From a virus (Duplodnaviria; Caudoviricetes), in IMG/VR virus record IMGVR_UViG_3300010966_000053, positions 1-26,794 of that record: a DNA stretch of 26,794 nt. One strand, written 5' to 3'. Shown piece after piece: positions 9,105-19,600 of this stretch. The position numbers and the translations under genes were made by a program. The notes beneath the pieces are model-generated. The model saw nothing but the letters and a program-made list of their open reading frames with translations, was not told the origin of the DNA and did not search any database. Position 1 is the stretch's first letter. Each line of letters opens with the position of its first letter.

Positions 9105-9968
9105 ATGGGCTTTACACCAATCGCATTTAGACCGTTCATGAATAAGGGGAGTGCTGCTCCCGATTATGGCGAGTTCCTCACCAAAGACGCACAACAGTAT
9201 TACAACGAAAGTGCCGGTGCCGTCGCTGCCCAAAAGAAAATCATACCTGCAACAATCAATGCAGAACGTGATATTCTTGGAGGCCTTCAGCAGTATCAAG
9301 CAGAGAGAATGGGCAGTCAGTCCAGAAACCTTCTTGGACAGTATGCCGATATGCAGGGAATGGCCAATGAGAGACAGAGTGAGTATCAAGGACAACTTCT
9401 TGGTATGTATGGTGGTGCTGGCGGAATGGCGACCGACTATGCAATTCAAGGTCTTGGTGCCGGAGGCCAAGGAGTGTATAATCAATTCATGCAACAGGCC
9501 AACATGGGTCTCGGCATGGGTTCTCAACTTAGTTTTGAAGACCAACAGGCATCCCAGCAGACCGCAAGAGCAGCGATGGCTGCTAGAGGTTTGACAGGAA
9601 ATCAAGCGGTTGGCCAGGAAGTTCTGAACTCCTATCAACTCGGGCACCAGAGAATGCAAGAGCGTCAACAGATGGGTATGCAAGCGATGCAGATGGCTCA
9701 ACAGCAACAGCAGTTTGGTCACCAAGCGTATCTTTCTCCCTCTATGCAACAGTCTCAGTCTATTTATGGACTTCCCTCCCTGTATGACAATACACAAGGT
9801 TCTTTCCAAAATATGGCTCCTCAGTTTATCCAACCCGAGTCTCAGTATCTTGCCAATATCCGTGGAAACCGCATCTCTCAAGAGAATGCAGACAAGGCGG
9901 CAAAGGCTCAGAATCAAGCGGGTATCGTTGGTGGCGTGGCAACCGTTGCGGCTGCTTACTTCATTTAA
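9105..9968 (+). CDS. Internal virion / DNA ejection protein (small)
   Basis: Gln/Gly/Ala/Met-rich helical sequence, ARAAMAARGL motif, hydrophobic C-terminus GIVGGVATVAAAYFI; follows nozzle and fibre genes as in podovirus ejection clusters. Confidence 0.7.
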   Translation: MGFTPIAFRPFMNKGSAAPDYGEFLTKDAQQYYNESAGAVAAQKKIIPATINAERDILGGLQQYQAERMGSQSRNLLGQYADMQGMANERQSEYQGQLLGMYGGAGGMATDYAIQGLGAGGQGVYNQFMQQANMGLGMGSQLSFEDQQASQQTARAAMAARGLTGNQAVGQEVLNSYQLGHQRMQERQQMGMQAMQMAQQQQQFGHQAYLSPSMQQSQSIYGLPSLYDNTQGSFQNMAPQFIQPESQYLANIRGNRISQENADKAAKAQNQAGIVGGVATVAAAYFI

Positions 9969-10768
9969 TGACAAAAGAACAAAGAAGCCTAGAGATAATT
10001 CAGCGAGGCTTGTCGATGTCAAACAAGTCGGCAGTTGCTTGGTCTGGTGGGAAGGACTCTATGGTTCTTCTGCATCTGATGCTTAAGACTGGACGTAAAT
10101 TCCCTATCATTTTCTTTAGGGAGCCGTGGCAACCTTGGAAGTATAAGTTCCAAGACAGGATAATCCAAGAGTATGGCCTTGAGTCCTATACTTGGCACCC
10201 TCAGTCTTCCTCGTTCCAGCAAACCGGAGACGAGTTTGAGGTCCAAAATGTCTATTCGTTTGATACAACCATTGTAACCTGTCCTAGCGGCATTACAAAG
10301 CCGGTGGACGGAAAGCCGTGGGTTTGTGCTATTGATATGCTCAAACGCCCCAAACAGATGAATCTTATGTCTGGTTGGGATATGGTTTGGGTGGGACACA
10401 AGGCCTGTGATAGCGACCCTATTTATGGTGGCGACGCTGGCACTAGAACTGAAGTAAGGGTAGTCCCAGGACAGGCTACAATGATGTTCCCCCTCCGAGA
10501 TTGGACACACGAAGACATCTGGAACTACACCATCGCCAACAATATTCCTATTGACCTTGATAGATATGAGCAGGTTGACGGAAAGTGGGGCGAGAAAGTT
10601 GACAAATTAACCAACGTTGACTATGTTCACGCTTGCACCTCTTGTATTGATAGAAGGAATACGGCTAACAAGTTCGTATATTGTCCGAAGTATGACGGAG
10701 TAGTCGAAAACTGCTCAGATAAACTTCCTTGGTTCAACCAGACAATCCCTTCTTATATGAAGGACTAA
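9968..10768 (+). CDS. PAPS/APS-reductase-fold (adenine nucleotide alpha-hydrolase, PP-loop) protein
   Basis: PP-loop AWSGGKDSMVLLHL (SGGKDS at 10043-10060), WVGHKACDS, FPLRDWTHEDIWNY and CTSC match the CysH-family layout. No C-terminal ECG(L/I)H motif. Confidence 0.88.
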   Translation: MTKEQRSLEIIQRGLSMSNKSAVAWSGGKDSMVLLHLMLKTGRKFPIIFFREPWQPWKYKFQDRIIQEYGLESYTWHPQSSSFQQTGDEFEVQNVYSFDTTIVTCPSGITKPVDGKPWVCAIDMLKRPKQMNLMSGWDMVWVGHKACDSDPIYGGDAGTRTEVRVVPGQATMMFPLRDWTHEDIWNYTIANNIPIDLDRYEQVDGKWGEKVDKLTNVDYVHACTSCIDRRNTANKFVYCPKYDGVVENCSDKLPWFNQTIPSYMKD

Positions 10769-10785
10769 TTTAAACCTACACTTAT

Positions 10786-13578
10786 ATGCCTGCCCAAAAT
10801 CAACCCAACCCCGGTGGTATGTTTTCCAGATACCAGTCTGAACAAGTAAATCAAATTCCTGCTGGATATATGGAAGGTATGTCTTCTTGGGGTCGTGCTG
10901 CTCAAAGCCTTGGTAGCAACATTGCCAACATGATGGCTCAGAACAGAGCAGAAGAGCAGAATACTAAGTCTAACGCTCTCAAGACCGGAGAGAACGCAAT
11001 CAACGAACGAAAGGTAGCCGCCGCCGAACGAGCCAATGTCATCAAGGAGGGCATGGCTGATACTGAATCTACATACAAGGCATATACTGCTGTTCTTGCC
11101 GCCGATGAGTCTGGATATAAGAGAATTTCTGAAAGCAACAAGGCTCTTGATGCCCAATTGGAATACTTTGGCAATATCCTTAAAGAGCCCAAGTCTTCTG
11201 AGGCCGACAAAGCGGCAGCACAAAAGAAGGTCAACGAACTTACTCCGCTTAAGAAGCAAGCACTTGAGGGACTTACAAGATACCTTCAAAACACTCCTCC
11301 TTCTTACGACCAGTTCCTTACTGACAGAAGAAAGGCTGGTGCAGACAGACCTGTTATCAGAAACCCCGACGGAACACGTAGCGTCCTCAATCCTGTTCCT
11401 GGGGTCAAGCCCTTTGAGACCCCCGAGAAAAAAGGGTCTCCCGACAGCAAGGAACCTATCTCGTATTACACATCTCCTGCTTTCAATCCCGCACCTATTA
11501 CTGGCGAACGACAGGGTGTTACAAAAACAGTAGCATACGGAGGTTCCGCAAAAAAAGTCGAACTGGTGGGGGGAAGGGTTTCTTCCGTCACTTCACCGGC
11601 GGGGAAGAAGACGGTTCTGGGAAGTTTTCTGCCTGAAGAACACCTTGCTGGTGCTACTGAGTTTTCTGAAGCAAGCGTTGATGCTTCCAATACTGATGAC
11701 CCTCATCTGAATCCGCAGACTACTGCGGAAGAAAACCCTGCACCGATTGAAAGAGTTGAAGTTCCTGGCCCCCTTGGAAACAAGATAGTCCAGACTGAGC
11801 CGCTTAAGGCTATCGAGACATCGCTCACTCCGAGTGTTCCTGTAAGCGGGACAATCATCTTTGAAAAGAACACAGATTCTGCTGGAACAGTCACAAAGAC
11901 TCCCAGAATCATGTTCAATACAAGTGCCCTTCAGAATGCTGATGGAACACCCAATGAAGTTGGAGTCAGAACGCTTAGACAACTAACTCTTATTAATGAA
12001 GTGTTACAGGGAGGAACGCATAAACTGGTCAAGCCTACTCAAGAAGAAAGAGATAGTGCCAGAGACTTGTTTGGAACGCCGGAGAACGCCTTTGACCTTC
12101 CCGAGATTTCTTCGGCTTGGGCTGTCGTCAAGAGAAACACCGACAAGGGTTACAAGGGTTTTGACTCTACTGCCAATAATTTCACCCTGTCATTCCAGCA
12201 GAAGTATGGGATGTTTCCGTCCCAGTTCATGGTTAACGGAGAACAGGTCAATCAAGAGGAAATCGTTGCAGATGCAAATGTCGCCCTTGAGTCCACCGCA
12301 TCTGCCAGACTTGCTAGCAGATTTGAAAGCATTGGTAGTGCCCCTCAAAAGCCTACAGGTCTTCAAGAGTCTATTGATAACGTAACAAAGCAACTTGCTG
12401 AATCTGAAGAAAAGATTGCCAGACTTACAAAGTATCTCAGCAGCCCCCTTATTGTTGGGTCTGATGTCGAGACTTCTTACAAGAATGAACTTGGTGCTGA
12501 AATGAAGAAACTGACCGTTATTCAAGCGAAGGCACAGCAGAATCAGATTGTCAGTTCTAACTACGATATCGACCTCAAGGCTTACGAAGCAAAGCGTAAC
12601 GCTGTTGAGCAAGAACTTAAGGTTGATAAACTTGCACAAGACCTAGCCACGGGCAGGGTTGAGCAATCCAAGGCTGTTAGAGTTCTCCGAGAGGGATGGA
12701 TTGGAACAGAGCCAGAACATTTAGTCATGACCAATGGATTTATTGCCTCCAAACTTAAGTCCATCAAGGGCAAGACTGGTGCCATTCCTATGACTGACAG
12801 GGACGGCAATCCGATTATGGTCATTGACAGATTTGGCAACAAGGTTCAAAAGACATATCAAGACAGACTTGATGCTCCGGAACTCATGTCGCATCTTCTT
12901 AGAACTAAGCGTTATGACCTAATTGACTCCCTGTCTTCTGGTATGCCTAATGCTGAAAATCTCAGCAATCCGAAGACTGGAATCATGGATGCCCAGTTTA
13001 AGTATAACGAGTCTCTTGTTCCTATCAGAAAGTTGGCTGAAATGAACGACAAGTATGTAGCGTTGGCCTCCAAGGGGTTGACTGGTGAGGCTAAGTCCTA
13101 CTGGAACAGAATGTGGTATGAAGCCGAAGATGCGGCTGGAACCACATATCAAAAGACGCTTATTGGTAAGATTCGAGAAGCAATTGTTGGTCCGGGCAAT
13201 CCGTCTAACTATGAACAAGAGGTCATTGCATCTATTGTTCCTAATCCTACGGATGTCCTTACAAGACCCGAAAGACAAAAGGCTAGAATCAAGGCTCTGG
13301 CTACCATTGCCATTCTTAACCATTATAACCGAATGCTTGCTAACAAACTTGAGGCAACACCGGAAACCTATAAGATGTATAGTGACCAACTTAGTGGTGT
13401 TCTTGGATTCCCTGTTACTGAGGAATTCTTCACTGGTATGAGAAACGACTATACTAGGTCCAGACAGGTTTACTCGAACAATGAGGCCATTGGTAATGAG
13501 AACAAGTCTATTGCGTCTGACTACGCAAACCGACTGCTTGACACCCTTGAGGCTAGAAGTGCTCCTGCCAAGAAGTAG
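10786..13578 (+). CDS. Internal virion / DNA ejection protein (930 aa)
   Basis: Mostly helical with coiled coils and Pro-rich linkers. C-terminal IVGPGNPSNYEQEVIASIVP resembles motifs in podovirus ejection proteins; synteny. Confidence 0.65.
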   Translation: MPAQNQPNPGGMFSRYQSEQVNQIPAGYMEGMSSWGRAAQSLGSNIANMMAQNRAEEQNTKSNALKTGENAINERKVAAAERANVIKEGMADTESTYKAYTAVLAADESGYKRISESNKALDAQLEYFGNILKEPKSSEADKAAAQKKVNELTPLKKQALEGLTRYLQNTPPSYDQFLTDRRKAGADRPVIRNPDGTRSVLNPVPGVKPFETPEKKGSPDSKEPISYYTSPAFNPAPITGERQGVTKTVAYGGSAKKVELVGGRVSSVTSPAGKKTVLGSFLPEEHLAGATEFSEASVDASNTDDPHLNPQTTAEENPAPIERVEVPGPLGNKIVQTEPLKAIETSLTPSVPVSGTIIFEKNTDSAGTVTKTPRIMFNTSALQNADGTPNEVGVRTLRQLTLINEVLQGGTHKLVKPTQEERDSARDLFGTPENAFDLPEISSAWAVVKRNTDKGYKGFDSTANNFTLSFQQKYGMFPSQFMVNGEQVNQEEIVADANVALESTASARLASRFESIGSAPQKPTGLQESIDNVTKQLAESEEKIARLTKYLSSPLIVGSDVETSYKNELGAEMKKLTVIQAKAQQNQIVSSNYDIDLKAYEAKRNAVEQELKVDKLAQDLATGRVEQSKAVRVLREGWIGTEPEHLVMTNGFIASKLKSIKGKTGAIPMTDRDGNPIMVIDRFGNKVQKTYQDRLDAPELMSHLLRTKRYDLIDSLSSGMPNAENLSNPKTGIMDAQFKYNESLVPIRKLAEMNDKYVALASKGLTGEAKSYWNRMWYEAEDAAGTTYQKTLIGKIREAIVGPGNPSNYEQEVIASIVPNPTDVLTRPERQKARIKALATIAILNHYNRMLANKLEATPETYKMYSDQLSGVLGFPVTEEFFTGMRNDYTRSRQVYSNNEAIGNENKSIASDYANRLLDTLEARSAPAKK

Positions 13579-13622
13579 TATTAAATACTTGCTATTTATT
13601 GACAAATAAGGACTATAAGCAA

Positions 13623-16600
13623 ATGGCTGAACCGCTTAAAACTACTCCGACAAAGTTGCCTGTCGAAGCCAAGAACCCAATCGCACCCTCCAAAGTAGAT
13701 ACTGCTCCTGTTGATTTGACAGTAAAGGCTGCAATTGATAATGCCAATGCTACAAAGGAGAGGCCTCCGTTTATTCCTATCCAAGAGGGTCAAGATACGT
13801 TCATTGAACCTGCCTTTACCATTCTCGGAACAGAAGCGAATTCACAGGCTTTCGCCAATATCGTCGACAAGAGCAACCCGCAGGGTGTCATTATTCACAA
13901 TAAGGTTAAATATGCACTCAGGGACAAGGAGTCGGTAGATAAGAGACACGCCAAGTGGAAGGCTGACAGAGAACTGCAGGTTGCAGGTGCTCCGAGGGCT
14001 GGCGGACTTACAGATAGACTTACTGGTGGAACTGGTGTCACTTCTGCTAATCAAGAAACTAAGGAGCCAGTTCTTCATCCTTTTTCCAGTTACCTTACTT
14101 CGTTTGGCAAGACTGACGTTGAGGTTGTAAGCGGCCTTGCCAGAGCACAACTCAGAGCACAGTCGTATGCCGACAAATATGAAAAAGCCGGCGTTGCCAA
14201 ACTAATAGAGTCTGACGATTCCCTGCTTTCTGCCCCAGATGCGTTGTTTGATGCCATGAAGAACATTCCTGGTATGTTTGCAAACAAGACGGAAGAAGAG
14301 TTCTTCAAGGCTGGTGCTGGTAGCAAGTATGCTGGCAAGTATGAGACTAGTCCGTTCCACCTTCTTCAAAGGAAGCATATGGGCAAGTATAAGGGAACGA
14401 TGCATCCGTCGCAGTTAAAGATTAACATCGACGAAAACGGATTCCGACTTAACCCCAAGAACCCGGAACATCAAAAGATGTTCAGAGAGTATAACACTTG
14501 GGTTGAAAACCACCCAGACCTTAAGCCCCTCGTTGACAGAGCACAGGAAAACTTCAGCACAGTCGGCAAGATGCTGGTTGATTCTGTCATAAGAACTGTC
14601 TATACATCCGTCTCCTCGATTGGAGACCCGGAGATTGATTGGCATCCCGACTTTAAGGATGAAGACGCTAAAAAGGCACTAACAGACAAGTTGCTTATTC
14701 TTGCCTCTGCAAGAAGCAACGGAGAGGTTCTTGATGGATTTACTGAAGATACGGCATTGCACATGGTTGAGAAGAAGTTCGGAGAAACTGGTGCAATCGA
14801 CATGGACCTGTTTGACGAAGATGCGAAGAAGAAGATGCCTGACATTTTGATTGAAGTTGCAAAGCAGGTCAAGGAACTCGATTCAAAGGGTGCGTTCAAG
14901 AAGGACATCAGAGGCCTGTCGTCGGCACTAACTGTCATGTCTTCTATGATTACTGGCGGTATTGGACTTGGAATGATGGCAATCAACTCCGACCCCAATT
15001 CTTACTCGATGAGAGTTATCAACGGCTTCCATACTGGAAGAGTATGGGCTGGTGCTGACTTTAGCCCTGCCGACCCGGATTCCTCCCTCAATATTCAACA
15101 GATTTACGAGCAGATGCAGATGCAGGGAATGAATACTGGTGCTGATTATGCTACTTGGCATCACCATCTTTCCAAGGAAGGTATCTTTGGCTCTGCGGTG
15201 ATGGACACAAGATATCACGAAAATGGCAGTCATTGGCTTACTCCGTTTGAAGGTGCAGCCCTTCTTGCTGGCGGATTCAGAGCAGGAAAGGCTCTTACAC
15301 TAAGAGGTGCCAGAGGTGCGGGTGTTTCCAAGAACTTCCTTGAAAGAATAGGCCTGCAGGAAAGTCTAGACGTTACCCTTGAAAGACTTAATACGCTCTC
15401 CAGACAGGGAGTTCCGTTTGCAGAGGGAATGGTTGACCTTGAAATCAAGGCTATGATTGATGACATCAAAGCACAGGGTGCTGCCGCAGGAGAAAAAATT
15501 GATGACTATGAGGCTATCAAGAGAGCCTATGAAGGAAGAGGAAGAGTTCCTCATAAGAGAGACCCTCTCAGAATGGTGAAGGCTCCGGAAGAGGTTCTTA
15601 ACAGACTTAGTGGAATTATTTCCACCAAGGCTGAAAGCGTAGCCACGATGCGTGATGCAATCCTTGAAGCAGCCAGAGAGGGAAGAAAGATTACCTATAG
15701 CCCCAAGGTGATGGAAACCATCACAAAGGCTCGCAAAGCACTTCAAGAAGCGAATCCCGATATTGATTGGAGCGTAGTCCCAGATAGCGTAGTTTATGAA
15801 AGAATTAGAAACAATGCCATTCCTCTGACAAAGGGCGTTGAAACGCTTTCTCAAAACGAAATCAGAGCAATGTCGCAAGAGGTTGGAAGAGTTTGGAGAA
15901 AGGTTGATGCAAAAGACCTTGCTGGCTACAAGCGAGGACAGGCGTTGCCGATTCAAGTAAATTGGGTATATGACAACTTCTTCACCAACATAGCGACTGG
16001 CGCGCTGAGAACTGGTAGCAGATTTGCAAACTGGGTAGATGAACTTGAAAAGGTATATGGTAACCCGAGAAGCGGACTTAACGCTATTGGAAAGATGTCT
16101 AGCGCACCCGGAGTCGCCGCAAGCACACTTCAGTCTCAAGGCAACGGACTGTTCAGATTCGCAATGGCTAATGCAATCATTCCCGCACTTCGATTCATGG
16201 GAACGATAGGAGAGGCAGCAGAGTTCTTGCAGGATTTTGAAACCATGAACCAGAGAGCACTTGGTCATGACTTTAATTCCACGCTTCTTGGTATGCGTAA
16301 TAACTACAACAGGGAGATTAGAAAACTTCTTGTCAGAAGAGCGTCCGTAAAAGGTGGAGATTGGAAGGAAATCAGAGAAAGACTTATTGAAAAGGGAGAG
16401 ACAGTTGCACTCGACGAACCGCAGTTCATCGGAAGTTCTGTCAATGCCGACAAGGAACTTATTGATATTGATGCCAGGATTACCTACCTTGAGGCAAAGT
16501 CCCTTTGGGCGAAGAACATTCACGCATTTGGTGCCAATGGAGCACTTGCTGGTGCCACCAAACTATTCAGAGACGGCATGGTGTCATCTGCTAGCAATGA

Positions 16601-19600
16601 AATGTTGCTCGGAATTACTGACAATTTCGCAGGATTTGGTGGCGGAACAGCCTATGCTGGATTTGGAAGCACGACCAATGCAATAACATCCGGATGGACT
16701 GCTCACTTCGGAAAGAATGCAATTATCAGAGAAAGAACAAACCATGACTTCATGGAACTGAGAAACAGACTTGATAACATGGGTCAAGACCCAGCAGGAG
16801 ATGTTCAGAGAATGAAACTTCTAAAGGTCATGGTTGCTGCCAGAGACAAGGCTGATATTATTTCTGCCGAGAAGGGCGAGAAGGCTGCCGAGGTGTTCTT
16901 TGCTAAGGAAATCGCAACTCTTGCCAATCTCTACAGAACCAACGCAGATGTTCATATTACAAATGCCGACGTAAGACAAGGGCTGGTTGCCTTGATGGAA
17001 GGCCTTCAATTGCAAGACCCGGATTTCGTTGATGAAATCAAGACTCACTATCTCAGCGTTGCTAACAAGATGGGAATGAAGGGCGATGCCGCTACTGCAT
17101 ATGCCAAGCAAATGCTTAGTGCTATCGTTGAGAGTAACGCTGCTACTGTTAGAAGCGGAACAATTGGCAAGGAAAGAGGATTGCTTGAAGCCGCAAAGCA
17201 GAGACTGATTGAAACGACTGGTGCTGAACTTGCAACGCTTAGTGCCGGTGCTGAAGTCCTTGCAAGAGAGGCTGGACTTAATACTGAGCAACTCTTTTCT
17301 GCAGGATTCCACACGACGGTAACGCAAGCAGAAAACATAGATACAACCTCTTACGGAATTCCTCACAAGGGAAGGCAGCGTCCTACTCCTTTTGGCGGAA
17401 CGGACACGCCGATGCCGGAAATCATCGGAGGTGTGGACACAAGCGGAATGACTGGTCCAGTCATTGACAAACTCAAGGCCTTCAGAAGTGAATTCAAAAG
17501 AATCAAGGCACTTGAACTTGAGAACAACATCAAGATTAAGGACATTAACCAGCAACTTACCGACCTTGCAGACGAGGCTGGCCAGATTGGTAGAGTTAAG
17601 CGTATTGCTCCGTTCAGAGATGGGCAGATGACAATTAATCCGCTTGATGGCTCCTCTTTCACGTCTCACAAGAACGGCATTACCGTGTGGGAAAAGGACG
17701 GAAGAACCTCCGTGTTCGTAGATGAAGAGAAGTTCTCTATTTCCGATGCCAGAGAAGAAATAGCACACGCAATCTTCTATACCGAGAACATGAAGGATTC
17801 TAGAGCACAACTCAGAAACATAATTCTCGGAGAAATTACGGTTGACCAAAACGGAACCAGACAGGTCAAGTCCGCCCCGCTAATCGCTGAAACGATTGAA
17901 GGCTCTCTTGCCTTGATGGATAAGTTTGTTGATGCACACGCATCCACATTGAGCGAAAGTGATTCCGTGTGGTTTAAGGCGACTTGGAATAGAGGAAAAA
18001 AGAACTTTGAGAGAAATGCTGACGACACCAGACTGATGCAGTCCGTGTTCGTCGAGTTTGCCGGAAGACTCTATCAAGCAAGAATGGAACTTGCCAACCC
18101 CCACATGACCAGAAGCGACCAGCAGGGTTCTACTGGAGAGGGAAGCATTGAGATGGGAAGCATCCCAATCAGACAGAAGCAGATTACCGGAGAAGACAGA
18201 GAGACAAGACTGAAAAAGTTGACATCTGGAAACAGACTGATTAGCAAACTTATCCTTGGCGACTTGAGAGTTGAGGATATTGTTAATGACGGCAATCCTA
18301 TCAACGCTACAGATGTTGACCTTGATGGTAAGCATTCCACCGCAAAGTTTGGAAACGGAGATAGCATCAGAGATGCCGCTAGATTCATCTTGGCATTCGG
18401 TGCTGGAGGAAAGATTGATGAAATGTGGAGATTTATCAGCGAGGAAAGACTGTCCATGATGGGTTTCATCAAGTCTGGAAATAAGTCTCCCGACTATACC
18501 AAGTTCTGGGAGCATGGTAAGATTCGCCATCCTGTCAGCGGAGAACTGCTTGACATTGACCCCGCCCTTATGGGTTGGGCTGAGCAGATGATTGCTCACA
18601 CACGAAACAGGGGTAGTTCGCAGGATGTTGATGCACTTACTGACCTTGAATCCGTATTCAACGAAAGAGAAGACTCCAGCGATGGTGCCAAGCGTAGAAG
18701 ACTGATGTGGGCACTTGCTTCTGGTCGAAAGAAGTTTATCAACCCAGAAACTGGAATGTTCAGAGCGTCTCTTGCTGAAATGATGCATTCTGAGTGGCAA
18801 CCCCTTGGGTCTCTTATCCAAAGAATCATCACTCCCAGAATCGGAGAAGATGGAGACTGGTCCGGCATGAAGGTCAAGAAGACTGTTGACGGAAAGACAG
18901 TTCTTATCGGTGCTCCTAACGTTGCCCAGACAAGACGAATCATCGAACATATCAAGGAGAACTACGGTCAGTATTCCGAGGGCAATGAAGTTGTCATGAA
19001 GAACATTGCCATCTTCCTTGAGGCAATCGCAGACGGAAACAGATTCGACCCTAAGTCGAGAGACGTAAAGGATGGCGGTGCTCCGGGTTGGACGCAGGTG
19101 TTTATCGCAGAATACTCTGGCGTATGGCAGGGCAAGGGAGTTGGAACTACCAAGAAGACAAAGGTTGGCGGAACCATGCCCCAGCAGAGAATGCTTGTTC
19201 CGTTGAGAGTAATCATTAGAGACTCCAACTTGGATGCTCTCGGTAAGAAGAAGACCCCTAATGAAGAAAGCGGAGAAATGCCAGGTATGCCAGAGATGTA
19301 TTTCGAGATGTATGACCCTGTTGCTGGAAATACAGCCAGAGAGAACGCATGGAATGGCAACCTGTTTGATGCTGGCGGTAGCAGATACTGGACAGAGAAT
19401 CAGATTCGTAAGATGTTTGGAGACTCCAAGAAGAACCTTAAGGCTGCTTGCGACATGGTTCTTGAGAACTATCAAAACGGTGGTTCCATTGCCAGAAAGT
19501 CCACAGAAAGACCTCCGCAAGAATCTTGGGAAGTTCTACTTGATTTGGCTGACGGAAATCCTGGCGAGGCGAAAAAGATGGCTTCTATGGTCAATCGAAT

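Noticed and set aside
9968-10768. Calling this gene cysH (sulfate assimilation) or dndC
   Set aside because: Lacks the ECG(L/I)H catalytic tail, is much shorter than DndC, and no partner genes of either pathway are in the window.
13599-13622. TTG start at 13599 and TTGACA as a promoter for the giant gene
   Set aside because: An in-frame ATG at 13623 fits better, and no -10 hexamer lies 16-18 nt downstream of the TTGACA.
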